Under the pieces are notes generated by a model. It was given only the letters and a program-made list of their open reading frames with translations, did no database searches and had not been told where the DNA came from. A DNA stretch of 64,000 bases, taken from Puccinia triticina (Eukaryota). Below, piece by piece: positions 35,928 through 47,016 of the stretch (position 1 is its first letter; every line of letters starts with the position of its first letter). The stretch covers positions 372,001-436,000 of the forward strand of contig CP110440.1 of NCBI GenBank assembly GCA_026914245.1, read 5' to 3'. The position numbers and the translations under genes are program-made.

Positions 35928-36729
35928 AGGTGTGAGGTGTACCAACATATACTACCTCTACAACCAGCATGCATCTTGCCCTATCAAGTACATATGTGTC
36001 ATGCTTGCGGCTATTGTACCTGCGCGAGTCATAAACGTCTCTGGTGGTAGGGCCTGGCTTGCCCTACCAGATATGTAAGGCGCGGCCAGTCAGGGACACA
36101 CTGCATGGAGTTGGGAATGGCACCAAGATATTCGGAGGTGGCCTCCCAGCCTTACCCGCTAGCTGACAAAATCGTGGGCTGCTGAAAGAATAGTGGCAGC
36201 CACGTTGTGTTCTTTCACAGAGGAGTGAGGCGGCCCTCACCATCATTCAGTGGCTTTCACTTCCCTAAATGTGGAGTTTAGTAAACTCAAAAGACCACCC
36301 TCAGTGACCAGCAGGAAGCATGTCCACCTTAACGTTTGGGCAAACGGTAGGGTGGACAAACCTCTCCGCGCAGGACTGGAGTCTGGCACCCCAGCGGCGT
36401 GCCTCGCTGGCGCGTGAAAGCCGTTTAATCGCCGTGCTCCACGGCACATTTAATCACACCTGTCACAGCTTCACCAGCATTTGAGTCTGACCCATTGTCC
36501 ACCCTACCGTTTGGCCGAACAATAGGGTGGACATGGATAGGTTTTCGAACCAAACACTTGTAGGACAGTGCCCTTTGTCACACATCCCCCTTTGAGCGCA
36601 CGCGGGCAAGCCCACCCCTTTGTAAGACTCGACCCTCATTTCGGAGTTGAGCAATACTTAAGCTAGCAGACTTTTGCCCACATTCGGTACAAGCTGCCCC
36701 TGGAATCTGATTCCATCTCCACCATCCTC

Positions 36730-37836
36730 ATGTCTAAGGCCTGTTTTCGCGAGGGCAAACCGCCACGCCCGGTTGCGAAAGTCAACGCAATGTATTCAAC
36801 CATGCTTCCAACTTCGAACTCACCCTGCTCTCGCAGCATGTCAAGCTTCATCAGAACTCTGCTTAATTTGGTCCCGTCCAAGAAAAATCCTCCTTCAAAC
36901 AAGTGGCAGATGCGTCCCCCGGCACACAACTTTCATGTCGGCTCCAACCTCCCGGACTCCATCCTCATGCACACAATTGATCCCATTCCGGAGGCAGCCC
37001 TGCTAGTCAAATCTCAGACGGTCGACCCTGCATTCAGAGTACTGTTTCTGCGAGACCTTTCCGGCTGTCACTTCCCCGGGAAGACCTTTGCGTGGGATCA
37101 TCCGTGGGACGCGCACTGGAATCAACTCTTTGCTTCTTTTGTAGTGAAACACTGGTCACATGTGTACAAGGCAGGAGCGTTTACTCAATTCTACATTGAC
37201 CCGGCAGAAGCTGGTAACAAATCACTTCTTGTTGCGCTACTCCACCGTTGGTTCATCGGCAGGCAAGAAGGACTCAGGTTGGGTTGATTCTCGGCCGACA
37301 GAAAATCCCAGAAGGCTAAGTCTGAATCCAAGTCAAAGATCCGAATGCAGGTCAGCAAACCAGATCCTCAGCCACATCCATGCTCCACATACTAATCATA
37401 CAACATACCACCACCACAGATCCACCAACATCGCCAGGAAACCCTCTCCAAGCTTCCAATCAATTCTGCTCTCAAGTCCTTATTTGACAATATCAAAGCT
37501 ACGTCCAACACCGAAACCACACATGCGCCATCTCTAGTCAAGATCCCGTTGCATTGGAGGTCAGACAAATTCAACCGCTTTGCTCAACAAGTGGATGCAA
37601 TTTATGCACAGAAGAAAATCAACACTAAAGGCCGCCTCTTTGCGCAAGGCTACATCTTGGAGCTCCGCAGAAAACGCTCTGATTCCATTTTGCATGTCAC
37701 TTTCAACAACGTGCCTCGCAGTCTACCGGTCAACTGTTACAATCCACAATTCCTGTCCACACTAACCAGCTCTGAGAGAGCGCTCCTGGACGAAAAACAA
37801 GCTGCAGAGTGGCCAAATTTGATTATCTCTCGCTGA
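36730..37836 (+). pseudogene. Second, divergent paralogue of the CACTA accessory protein; one premature stop
   Basis: FAWDHPWDAHWN, TSNTE, WRSD and VPRSLPVNCY..L..ER motifs match 29650-31379. TGA at 37285-37287; intron about 37351-37419. Confidence 0.7.
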
Positions 37837-37899
37837 ACGGACGACCCCTCAGTGAGTTTTACATTGTCATTTCATCATGTCTTGCATAAGCAGCTGAGC

Positions 37900-40292
37900 A
37901 CACTCATACTGCTCATTTCCTCCATTTGGTACACTTAACCTGCCAGCCTTAACACCAATCAGCGCCCTCCCAACGAATAGATCACTGAAAACATCTGCTT
38001 ACAAGGCCAATTCCCATTTCCGCCTCTGCACCTGAAAGATATTTGTTTCCAAGCTCTCATGCATGTAGTATCTGTACACGTGCACTGAATGCTTTTGTCC
38101 CAAACGGTAAAGTCTATCGACGGCTTGATTTTCACTTGCCGGGTTCCAACTTGGTTCCTAGAAGATGTGCAAGATCAGTAGTCTGTGTGAGCCTTGGCTC
38201 TCTGCGCTGTGTGAAATGAGACTTGCCATGAGATACACGTTCTGAGCACATCGCAAGTCAATCCCCACTCCCGCGGCTTGCAATGATGCTAACAAGACAT
38301 TGCAATTATTATCGGCCCGAAATTGTCTGAGGTTGTTGTCACGCCTGCCTGCAGTCAAATCGCCTGTGAGCCTTGTTGAAACGAGTCGATTCTCTTCCAG
38401 GGCGCGCCCAATGCTGCAGTCAGAGGCTATCAGCATAACAATAGTATTTGTTTTGGGGCAAACATCACTGCTGACATTTCCAAGTACCCGACAAAACTTG
38501 AGAACACCACCGCCTTTGGTCTTTCAATCCCTCGGGCCCCACTGAAGAATTCCTTCAGACGACCGATGAGGTGGACGATCTTGCCTGAATCCTCCTATCT
38601 CCAGGTTGGTTGAACAAGCAGCTCGCTTCTGGCAAACAGAGGATGGTTGCAAAACTGCCTTAGCATTGTCAGCTGTCGAAAAAACTCGGTATGGTCCCAT
38701 TGTTGCCCAGCTGACCGCAACCTGCCGAAAGCTGCGACAAAACTTTGGTGCAACTCCCTCGAGACTTTTTCCCATTCCAGACTGTTCCTGACAATGAACC
38801 CATGTTCGACCTTGTCAGGAAGGTTTAAAATAGCATCTTTCGTTCGTCTCAAGCAGACTGTTTGCATTAGAAAAGTGAGACTCCTGATTGCTTCCTGCGC
38901 CCCCACATTGATTCGCGGGATTAAAAATCTCTTCCAAATCAGATCCTCGTCCCACGGCGCGATCCTCAACGTTGTGATCAAACTCTGCAGGTCCGTCAGG
39001 CGATTTTGGACCAGCGTGCCTGTTAAGCATAGTACAAACTTGGACTGCAGTTGCTGAATATTGCGGGTTTGGTTTGCATCAGGATTTCTCATCAGGCTAA
39101 TAACCAATTGTCAGTTTTTGTGCACTGAGAAGAGAAGCAGAGGAATGTATTGACTCACTGCGCTTCATCCATGACAATCCTGAACCAGCAAAGATCAAGA
39201 GATTCAATGGTTAGTTGATCTGCACGTGACCCATTTGCACTCTCGGCAATCATCTCGTAGGTCGTCAAGACCACCAGGACAGACTGTAGGTTCTTTCTAC
39301 TGCACCGCTTCCGCGATTTTCCATGAAAGACTAGGTAAGGGATAGCGAGAACTTCAAAGTGCAGCCGGATTTCGGCCTCCCAATTTGATAAAGTTGCCAG
39401 GGGGCATATTACCAGAGTCGCGGCTGATCGGTGTGTCCAGTCGGCCCAGTAATAATCCACCGCTGCATCATTAGTCTCCAGAATATAAGCCAAGGTGGTC
39501 AATGTCTTTCCCAAACCCATATCGTCGGCAAGTATCGATCCTCGACACCTTGACGCCATCAAGTTCGAAGTGGGGTTGATCCCGGCCTGATGTATCAAGG
39601 GGCGAAGCCAAGCGTTAATGGGGTGATTCCAAACCAACACTGGGTCGTTGTTTGGGGACTCGTTGTTTCTGAGGAACCGGAGGGCAGTCAGCTGGTGGGG
39701 CTTTAGATTGGTCCGACACTGGCAAAGAGCCGGAGCAAGCCAATCCTCCTGTGCAATACCATCATCCCCCACATGGTTAAAAGTCAGGTGTGGAATTTCA
39801 AAGAAAAGGCTCGGTTTATAGTTCCAAATTGGTGTTAGCTCCACGTGTGCAGCTTCAAAAGCGTTCTTCACAAGGCTGACATTCTCGTGACGACTAAAAA
39901 CGCAACCCCGGAGCTCGAGCTGGTCGCCAGGAAGGGTCACTACGAAAGCTTTGATCTTCATGACATCAGGGTCGTTTGGAGGGATCTCGCGACCGGTAGC
40001 TGGAGTTGAACAAGTCGATATGGGCCCTAGTAACGGACCAAGGTGTTGACTTGCAGTACTGCTGAGATCACCTATCTGCTCCTGGGGTGCTCGATAAACG
40101 TGCACTTGCCGGAGACCTCGCTGCAGAAAGCCCACCTGGGGAGTGCTGTCTCGTAAATGCCGGGTAGATGATATCGGAATCATGAATTGGCCCAGACAGT
40201 ATGTACTGGTCATAGTCCTGGCCGGATGTTGGTTTGTGTTGAAACAGATTCACTGATTGTTGAGATCCAAGAACAATGTTATCAGGATCCAA
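37900..40292 (-). pseudogene. SNF2-family ATPase (Rad5/Rad16-like, no RING), multi-exon, at least one stop
   Basis: ILADDMGLGKT, VICPLATLSNW, LTTYE, DEAH (His codon split by an intron at ~39097-39158), LTGT.VQN, LRRTK, SGK, VVFS, LASLQAAGVGIDL and EPSWNP..QAVDRLYRLGQ. TAG at 38595-38597 in WR*EDSGK. Confidence 0.9.
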
Positions 40293-42504
40293 TATGACGC
40301 AGAAAACAAACGCACATAAAGCATTGTTTGGGGTGCAGTGTTTGGCCGGTGGGCCTGTGTTTGGTATGTGTCATTCCAGAGCGGCACCCAAACAGTCATT
40401 ACATGTTGGTCAACATGTTACCAACAATCTACAATCCACAAGATTACCAAGTAGGCATCAGCACCGAAATCCCAAACCACTCCGCTAAAGGTTAGCATAG
40501 CTATGGTTTTGTTGATGGACCAGATCGCAGCACCAACGTCTATTACATCCTTTCAGAGTGACAACGCAGGGTGGCACCTGTGCGTGAGTGGTTCAGCTAG
40601 CTGTTCCCCAGCCCCCACACACGCAGGAGTGATGCTGATGTGAGATCATAGACTGTTATCCGGCAGTATTGCAGGATATCTTTCAGCTCCTGCAATTCAG
40701 CCGCAGCTCAGCTGGCCTCTGCAACAGAAAAACAGGTGGGCACAGTCATTTCTTCACACACAAGTGAACTACATAGAACACATGTTGACAAACAGATGCA
40801 AGTCACAACCTCAGGTTGACCAGGAAAACAAGCCCAGGGACCTATTCAAAGGGAAAGGCGCAGGACCTTCACAAAAGGTCAGAATAGATTTGCCACACCA
40901 AGCAGTCCTCAGTCCTAATGTCATGTTTCTGCATCCTGGAGGACTTTGGAGCTCCATTCAACTTCCCATTGAAAGTGCACATCAGCGGCTGATAGTGGTG
41001 AACAGGAACATTCCCCCATCTGAGCTGTGCGCATCTCTCAATCACCCACCTGCCTGTGTTTCACCTTTTAGGGAGCAAAGGTGCTTGTGGGTTTGTTCCA
41101 GGTTGTGATTTCTAGGCTGCCCTGTTCATTTACACCTGATCAGCACTCTTAAATGAACTAAGTATGGCTAAAGACATTCACTGGAGATCCCAGGGCTCAG
41201 GCTTTGTGGATCAGGGGGCAGGAATAAAACAAAGGAGCAGTTATTATACCTGATATATGAAGTCTGAAGAGTTGGGTATGAGTGGACTCAAGTATCAAAT
41301 ACATTTGGCTTATGTAAACAGGCAAAGAGAGTTACGGACAACTCCATCACACTATCAAGTGCAATCACCAGTGAGTCAAATATGAGGTTGGACTTACATT
41401 ACAGCTGGCACCCAGCTCACATCAGACTGCTTGACTCATAAAATTAAGGTTGGGCACTCTCTAAAGAGTGCCACACTTCCTTCCCTGGTGATACCCTGTT
41501 AACCAAGCTGATCTTTGATTCTTCTTGAATTCCTTTGAGGAATAAAGAATGTCTGCTAGTTGAAACCTGATGGTAAGATTTCCGCTTGTATCTTTTACAA
41601 TTGTTCTTGCTACCAAGCTCCTGAGAAACCTTGTAATGTTTGCTCTTGTTTTGGGTAGGATCCTTCACATGTTGAATTTCTCAAGGTTTGGGTTTCGGCC
41701 AAATAAAACACCAGCTGAGGCTCTTGGAATTCTAGCAGAGCTGATTGCTTGCGGGCCATTGACACAACATGTCAAGCAGAACCAATATAGCATCTGCAGG
41801 TGAGACAACAAGCATAGAAAATGATGCACATTCAATTAATAGAAAATATTTCAAAACACTACTCCCCACATCATTCCTGAAACAATCAAAGGGAGCCAAT
41901 CTAGAATATGATGATTCAATATAAAATTAGCCCAGAGAGCCACAGAAATTTGAGTAAGAATAACATGTTCAGATTGAAATTGATACCCAAGATTGTCCAC
42001 TCATCATGTCAAGCAGACCCAACCTGGGAAATGCATGCGTACTGGAAAGCTGTCACAGAGAGTAATGAATATTCAATCTAAAAGAACTGTTAGATAGGAA
42101 TTCAATTCTAGAGAAAACACACCAAAAATTCATTGTTAAATATTTAATACATCGAAACGTTTTCAAATTTACTACCAAATCTTTGTGGAGTTTTGTCACT
42201 ATTTTCTTACGGACAAAAGCCAAAGATATTTTGTATCTATCCTTGGCCAGTAACCGGAAAATCCAAGGAGCTGACAGCGCCAGCTCTGATAGCCACAAAT
42301 TAATTTAAAGTCCTTGCCCTTCTAAAAAGGCAAAACCAGAAACAGAATTGCTCTACCAGCTCACCCCAACTGGTCCCACTCTGGCACCCTCACACCCACA
42401 TCAAATCAACATCTGACTCAGTTCAAAAAATACAACTCAATATTGCCTACTCCACTCTCCCACTTTATCCCATCAACATCAACCAAATCAAAACCAACGA
42501 CAAA

Positions 42505-44403
42505 ATGGTCTCCACTCGGTCACAATCAACTGTTGCACAACAAAATGCCACGAACAACAATCAAGTTTCAATTCGTGGAAGAGGCGGTTCAACTCGGGGC
42601 AGAGGTGATTCTAATTGGGGTAGAGGTGGTTCAACTCCAGGCAGAGGTTTTTCAACTCGGGGACGAGGCAGCTCAACTCACAGCAGAGGTCGTTCCACTG
42701 GCAGTCAAGACAATTCCGATTCAGACAAAAGCCAACATCAAGACGATGGCAACAATGAAACCAACAGTGATCGCAATGACGATGACGAATCTGAGGAGGA
42801 AGAAATCAACTTGACTTTGCAAAACTATCAAAGTCAATTGAGTTCGTGGACCATACCAGCACTCCGACAGACATTGACCAAGCAAAAGAAAAGTTTGAAT
42901 CAAATTCCAACTAACATCCAAGAGATCCTGAACTTCCAAAAAGCCAACTATATCAAAACAAAGTTAATGCTTGCTTTGATTGGAAGGGTGTCGGAGAAGA
43001 TGGTCAATAGCTTTCTGTGAGTCATGAACAAACCAAATAAAAATGGCTAAATATGAACACATGAGCGTTAATATGAACTTTCTTTTACATGAAACAATTT
43101 TCTTAGTGGCGAAGACAAACCAACTTGTGCAAAAAGCAGCTACAGTCGATTTCTTGCCTTCAGTGTGAAAAGTGCAGAGATTCCAGGTAGAGTTTTATTT
43201 ATCTCATGACTCCATTTAACTATAGGCTTGATCAAGCCAACTGATTTTCCATAAATTTATTCAGTTCCTCCCAAAGGAATATCTGCTGGATGGAATGAAC
43301 GGAACCAAAAGCTCGGACAAGCATGGAAGCTACTTACAGAAGATGAACGAAGTGTATTCAATGCAAAAGTTTTTTCTTTCTTTTCAAAACTACCGATCAT
43401 TTGTGATGCCAATGAGAACAACGATGAAAGTGAGAATGGAAGTGAAAGTGAGGAAAACATCGAGGCAAGAGTGCAGGCAAGTCTGAGTGAAGAAGAGAAG
43501 GCACTTTACGAACATCTCTATGAAAATCTTGTGAATCACGAAAAAGTCCAGCTTGCTTCTGGCCAAGGACTCGATACAGGACGTGCTACACCACCACAAG
43601 CAATGAAATCAGTCATTTGTCTCAACTCAGAGGTCAGTAATTTGCCACTGATACCCAAAATAATTTTGCAATAATTCTTCTGACTGCAGCAATTCAAAAC
43701 AGCTTTTTACGATTGCAAATGCGTACAATTTAACTTTCTACTTGCTAGCAGCCACACGCAGTCCTGGAAGTGGTAGTTTCTGTAAGGAGCTAAGCAACAA
43801 TCCCTATTGGCTCTCGGTGGCAAAGAAGGAATGGGCAGCCAAGGAGACCTTCGAGGCATATAGCCATGGACAGGCAATTCAACAGACTGTCGATGAATGC
43901 TCTAGCTCCAAACAACCACTGGCAAAAAAGCCAAAGAGGGCCGATGAAATCCGATGTGAACTTTGTTCTGAACTGAATAAACTCCTTGGTAATTATTCTT
44001 TACTGTTTCTACTTTTCAGCTGTTGGCTGACATGTACAATATTTTAATAGCTCAAGCCCTTGGCCGTGATAAGGCCAAGTTCCCAATGCAAAAGGACCCC
44101 TTTACTGGTATCAGTAGTAAACATCCCGGTCTCAAGATTTATCAATTTGAAGCTTCCCACCTGACTGCTCAAAACCTCAAAGTTGGATTAGAATGTATGC
44201 TAACAGAGAACAGAGAAAAGTGGCTTACTTGTGGAGACGTGGCTCGGGGACTCGGTGAGATATGGGTAATGGTGATGATCTATGCAGATGATGTGGCTCC
44301 AGCGGAGGAGACTATGTCTCCTCCGCAGCAGAGAGCCGCAGCCGAGAAGACTGTGACCCAAGTCACAACATTACTGACATTAAAAATGGTGATTTCAAAA
44401 TAG
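42505..44403 (+). CDS. KDZ-associated protein with RGRG repeats and a derived HMG-box-like domain (multi-exon)
   Basis: Exon 1 MVSTRS..RGRGGSTRGRG(n). Later exons SSYSRFLAF..PPKG..WNERNQKLGQAWKLLTEDERSVF. GT..AG introns near 43017, 43186, 43633 and 43989. Confidence 0.7.
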
Positions 44404-44729
44404 TGCCTATTGAGGAAGATTGATAGTTCTACTCCAATTTTAGCATCATTCTTATTTCCAGTCTCCAACAGTCTTTTAATGCAGAACAATGATTCTTTTT
44501 GAATATCTTATGCCAGAAATCTCCTTTACTATCAACAAATGAAATTATGCAACCACATAAATGCCAGCTCATTTCCTTGAAATGAAATTGAATCTAGCTG
44601 TTTCATCTCACCAAATCTCCCTCCCATACCTCTATCTGAGCTGCAAGCAAAGTTACCTTTTCCAGCCCAATAGAAAATACCAGAAATAACAGTTATGAAA
44701 AATGCCAAATAACAGGCAAAATATTTTAA

Positions 44730-45410
44730 AAAGAAGCCCATTTCTGCCAGCTCACAGTGAAATAACAGAAATACCACTTGGAAAAGTTAAAATTCCAGCT
44801 TTGTCAGCTCATCATACCTTGCAAGCAGCTCACTTATCTTGACTACCTTTAAAAAAAATACAGCTCTTTCAGCTCACTTAACAAAAGTAATCACCTCAGT
44901 CAACTGTATGCACCTAACTCAAATCAAAACAAGCTCCATCATCTCACCACATGTCACCATATATCTCAGCTCACTCTGCTACAACCAAAGATATAGCTCT
45001 GTTTGTTTACTTTGCATCAATAAGATTATTAGATCACCAATTCAGCCCTTCACACTGACAGTTATCATGGTTAACTGGAATTTTCAGCTCACTCAGCTCA
45101 CCCAACTAAAATGGATTCCAGCTCCTTCAGCTCACTATATTTCCAAAAAAAATCAGCTCACTCAGTTCATCAGTTGCACTCAGAGCCAGATCTGCTACAC
45201 TCCCCCAAGTTCCAGCTCTATCAGCTCTGTCAGCTCACTCAAGGGTCAGCTCTGTCAGCTCACCCAAGGTTCAGCTCTGTCAGCTCACCCAAGGTTCAGC
45301 TCTGCCAGCTCACCTCAGCGGCCAACTTTATGTCAGCTCACTACATCCCACTCATAGCACCAAACTAATCTAACCAATCAACTACAATGAAATCCAGCTC
45401 TATCAGCCCT
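44730..45410. repeat. CAGCTC-rich degenerate array, inverted relative to the GAGCTG array at 60430-60710
   Basis: Repeated CAGCTCAC / CAGCTCTGTCAGCTCACCCAAGGTT units. Confidence 0.7.
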
Positions 45411-45870
45411 TGTCATTTGAATAGATATGCTAGCACATTCAACTTTGTTTTCTCAGTCAGACATTCACATGTTCACAATGCAACAAATGTATGAAAAAAG
45501 CGGATTTGAGGCAGGAGAGAAGTAGGCAAGGAGGTCGGCTTTCATAGCTGTTGAGGAGCATGGTTTGAGCATCTGAGGACGGCCGGCTTGTGGTTGAGGA
45601 GATCGAGTTTGTTTCATGATTTGAGGATCAAACTGTCGGAGTGGCTGAGATCGGAAACACTTGAGGACCGAGTACTGGAAGAGAGAAGAAGAGAGGACAG
45701 AAGCAGGAGACAGACAGGGAGCAGGGATCAAGGGTAGAGCAGGTTTGTGGAGTGCGCAGGAGTGCGGAGGGCGCAGATGAGAATTCCAACACTAAAGAAA
45801 CAAATCAGTAATCCAACTTAGCTGATGATCAACATTAGTAAAACTAAAAGAAAGAAGGTGCTGACTGGTT

Positions 45871-47016
45871 TTATGTGCTACGTTTTCCCATGTAGTTTTG
45901 GTGCCCGCCAAAGTAGAGGTTTTTCTTATAACGATAGGTTTTTCTGAGATAGATTATTCCAGTCTTGATTGCACTGCAAATGTTTAGAGCAGTTTGAGTA
46001 ATTTGTAGCGACATTCCCATACGTGTGAATCCTTTAGGCTCGAATCCAGGAAGAGTACAATGTTCGCAGCTCTTTGCCGCCCATAGTAGCTTAACCACCG
46101 TTTGTGGCTGAAATTCAATATAGCATTTGTAATCCGGGAAGACGAATCGACCGCCAGAAGCATTCGATTCAGTTTCAGCATCAGCAAGTGTGCCATCCGA
46201 TGATTTTGTTGGCACAAAGAGTGCAAAAGCAAATTCAGAAGCATCGCCGGTGTCGCGGTGAGGGCGATTGTAAAATCCGTTGGTTGTGAATGTGATGTGA
46301 GGTGAACAGTCGAACTCAGAAAGGCGATCATTGAACTCTCCAGATGCAAGCGATAGAATTCCATGTTCCTCCATCAGCTTCCGATTAGACTCGAATGGGA
46401 TATCACCCAAACTCTTGAACATTTGTCCAAGAATTCGGGAAACAGATAGCCCTTGGACAGCAAGTTTGAGGTATTCCCCACGCCAGGTGTGCGCAACACG
46501 GAGCTTGATGTATCGTCCGAATAATTCAAGTGCTTTCATACACTTACGCCATCCAACACCCCACATTCCACCCCCCCATACTCGACTAGGTGCAATCCTG
46601 TTTACAAACTTCTTTGATTTGTGGAGGAACGTCGTAACTCGATTGATGTCGCGTTTCTCTTTGGCTGAGAGTTCTGAAATCGGTATGAACTTGATCACAG
46701 CTACAACTTTGGCGTGAGTTTTGTCGATCAATATCACTTTACCATGTGTGAACGGAACAAAGCTGTCGACAATAGATTGAGCGCGAGCTAGCTCCTCGTG
46801 TGTAGGCTTGCGCCACGGGCTCTTATTTTCCGCGTGAATTTCCGGATAGATGTGACGTGGTATATAATCTTGTAACGACCATATGATTTTCTCCCCTTTG
46901 AAGTGGGAACTGGTGATTTGATTCGAGACTGGCGACTTCCGGTTGTTCAACCGGCGCTTTTTGCGTGCACGAGACTTCATAAAGTTCTTCGGTGGAACCC
47001 TCTTATTATCCTCCAT
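45871..47016 (-). CDS. TET/JBP-family (Tet-like) 2OG-Fe(II) dioxygenase
   Basis: GGMWGVGWRK, HITFT..FYNRPHRD (HxD), GGRFVFPDY, LLW..EHCT (distal His) and TRMGMSLQI (2OG-binding Arg). Uninterrupted ORF of ~380 aa; located in a KDZ element. Confidence 0.88.
   Translation of the reverse strand: MEDNKRVPPKNFMKSRARKKRRLNNRKSPVSNQITSSHFKGEKIIWSLQDYIPRHIYPEIHAENKSPWRKPTHEELARAQSIVDSFVPFTHGKVILIDKTHAKVVAVIKFIPISELSAKEKRDINRVTTFLHKSKKFVNRIAPSRVWGGGMWGVGWRKCMKALELFGRYIKLRVAHTWRGEYLKLAVQGLSVSRILGQMFKSLGDIPFESNRKLMEEHGILSLASGEFNDRLSEFDCSPHITFTTNGFYNRPHRDTGDASEFAFALFVPTKSSDGTLADAETESNASGGRFVFPDYKCYIEFQPQTVVKLLWAAKSCEHCTLPGFEPKGFTRMGMSLQITQTALNICSAIKTGIIYLRKTYRYKKNLYFGGHQNYMGKRST

Larger units (their letters stand above)
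35608..35962 (-). mobile_element. TRIM (355 bp) with tRNA-like sequence in both LTRs (Helenus/Cassandra-like)
   Basis: Identical 130-bp LTRs (35608-35737, 35833-35962) with TGTAGAG..CTCTACA ends. 5-bp TSD ACCAG at 35603-35607 and 35963-35967. Copia-type PBS GGTTATGAGCCCAG and PPT AGGGGGTG on the minus strand; 95-bp internal region. Confidence 0.93.
21144..41490. mobile_element. Giant CACTA/EnSpm-type DNA transposon (20,347 bp) with multi-gene cargo
   Basis: TIRs CACCAGGGAAGAAAGTGTGGCACCCTCTAGAGAGTGCCAAACC versus right-end reverse complement CACCAGGGAAGGAAGTGTGGCACTCTTTAGAGAGTGCCCAACC (39/43). 3-bp TSD ATA at 21141-21143 and 41491-41493. Contains an EnSpm-like transposase remnant. Confidence 0.88.

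Noticed and set aside
21144..41490. Starship or Helitron interpretation of the giant element
   Set aside because: No tyrosine-recombinase captain and no Rep/PIF1 helicase; the helicase is SNF2-type. TIRs plus a 3-bp TSD and Tnp2-like motifs indicate CACTA.
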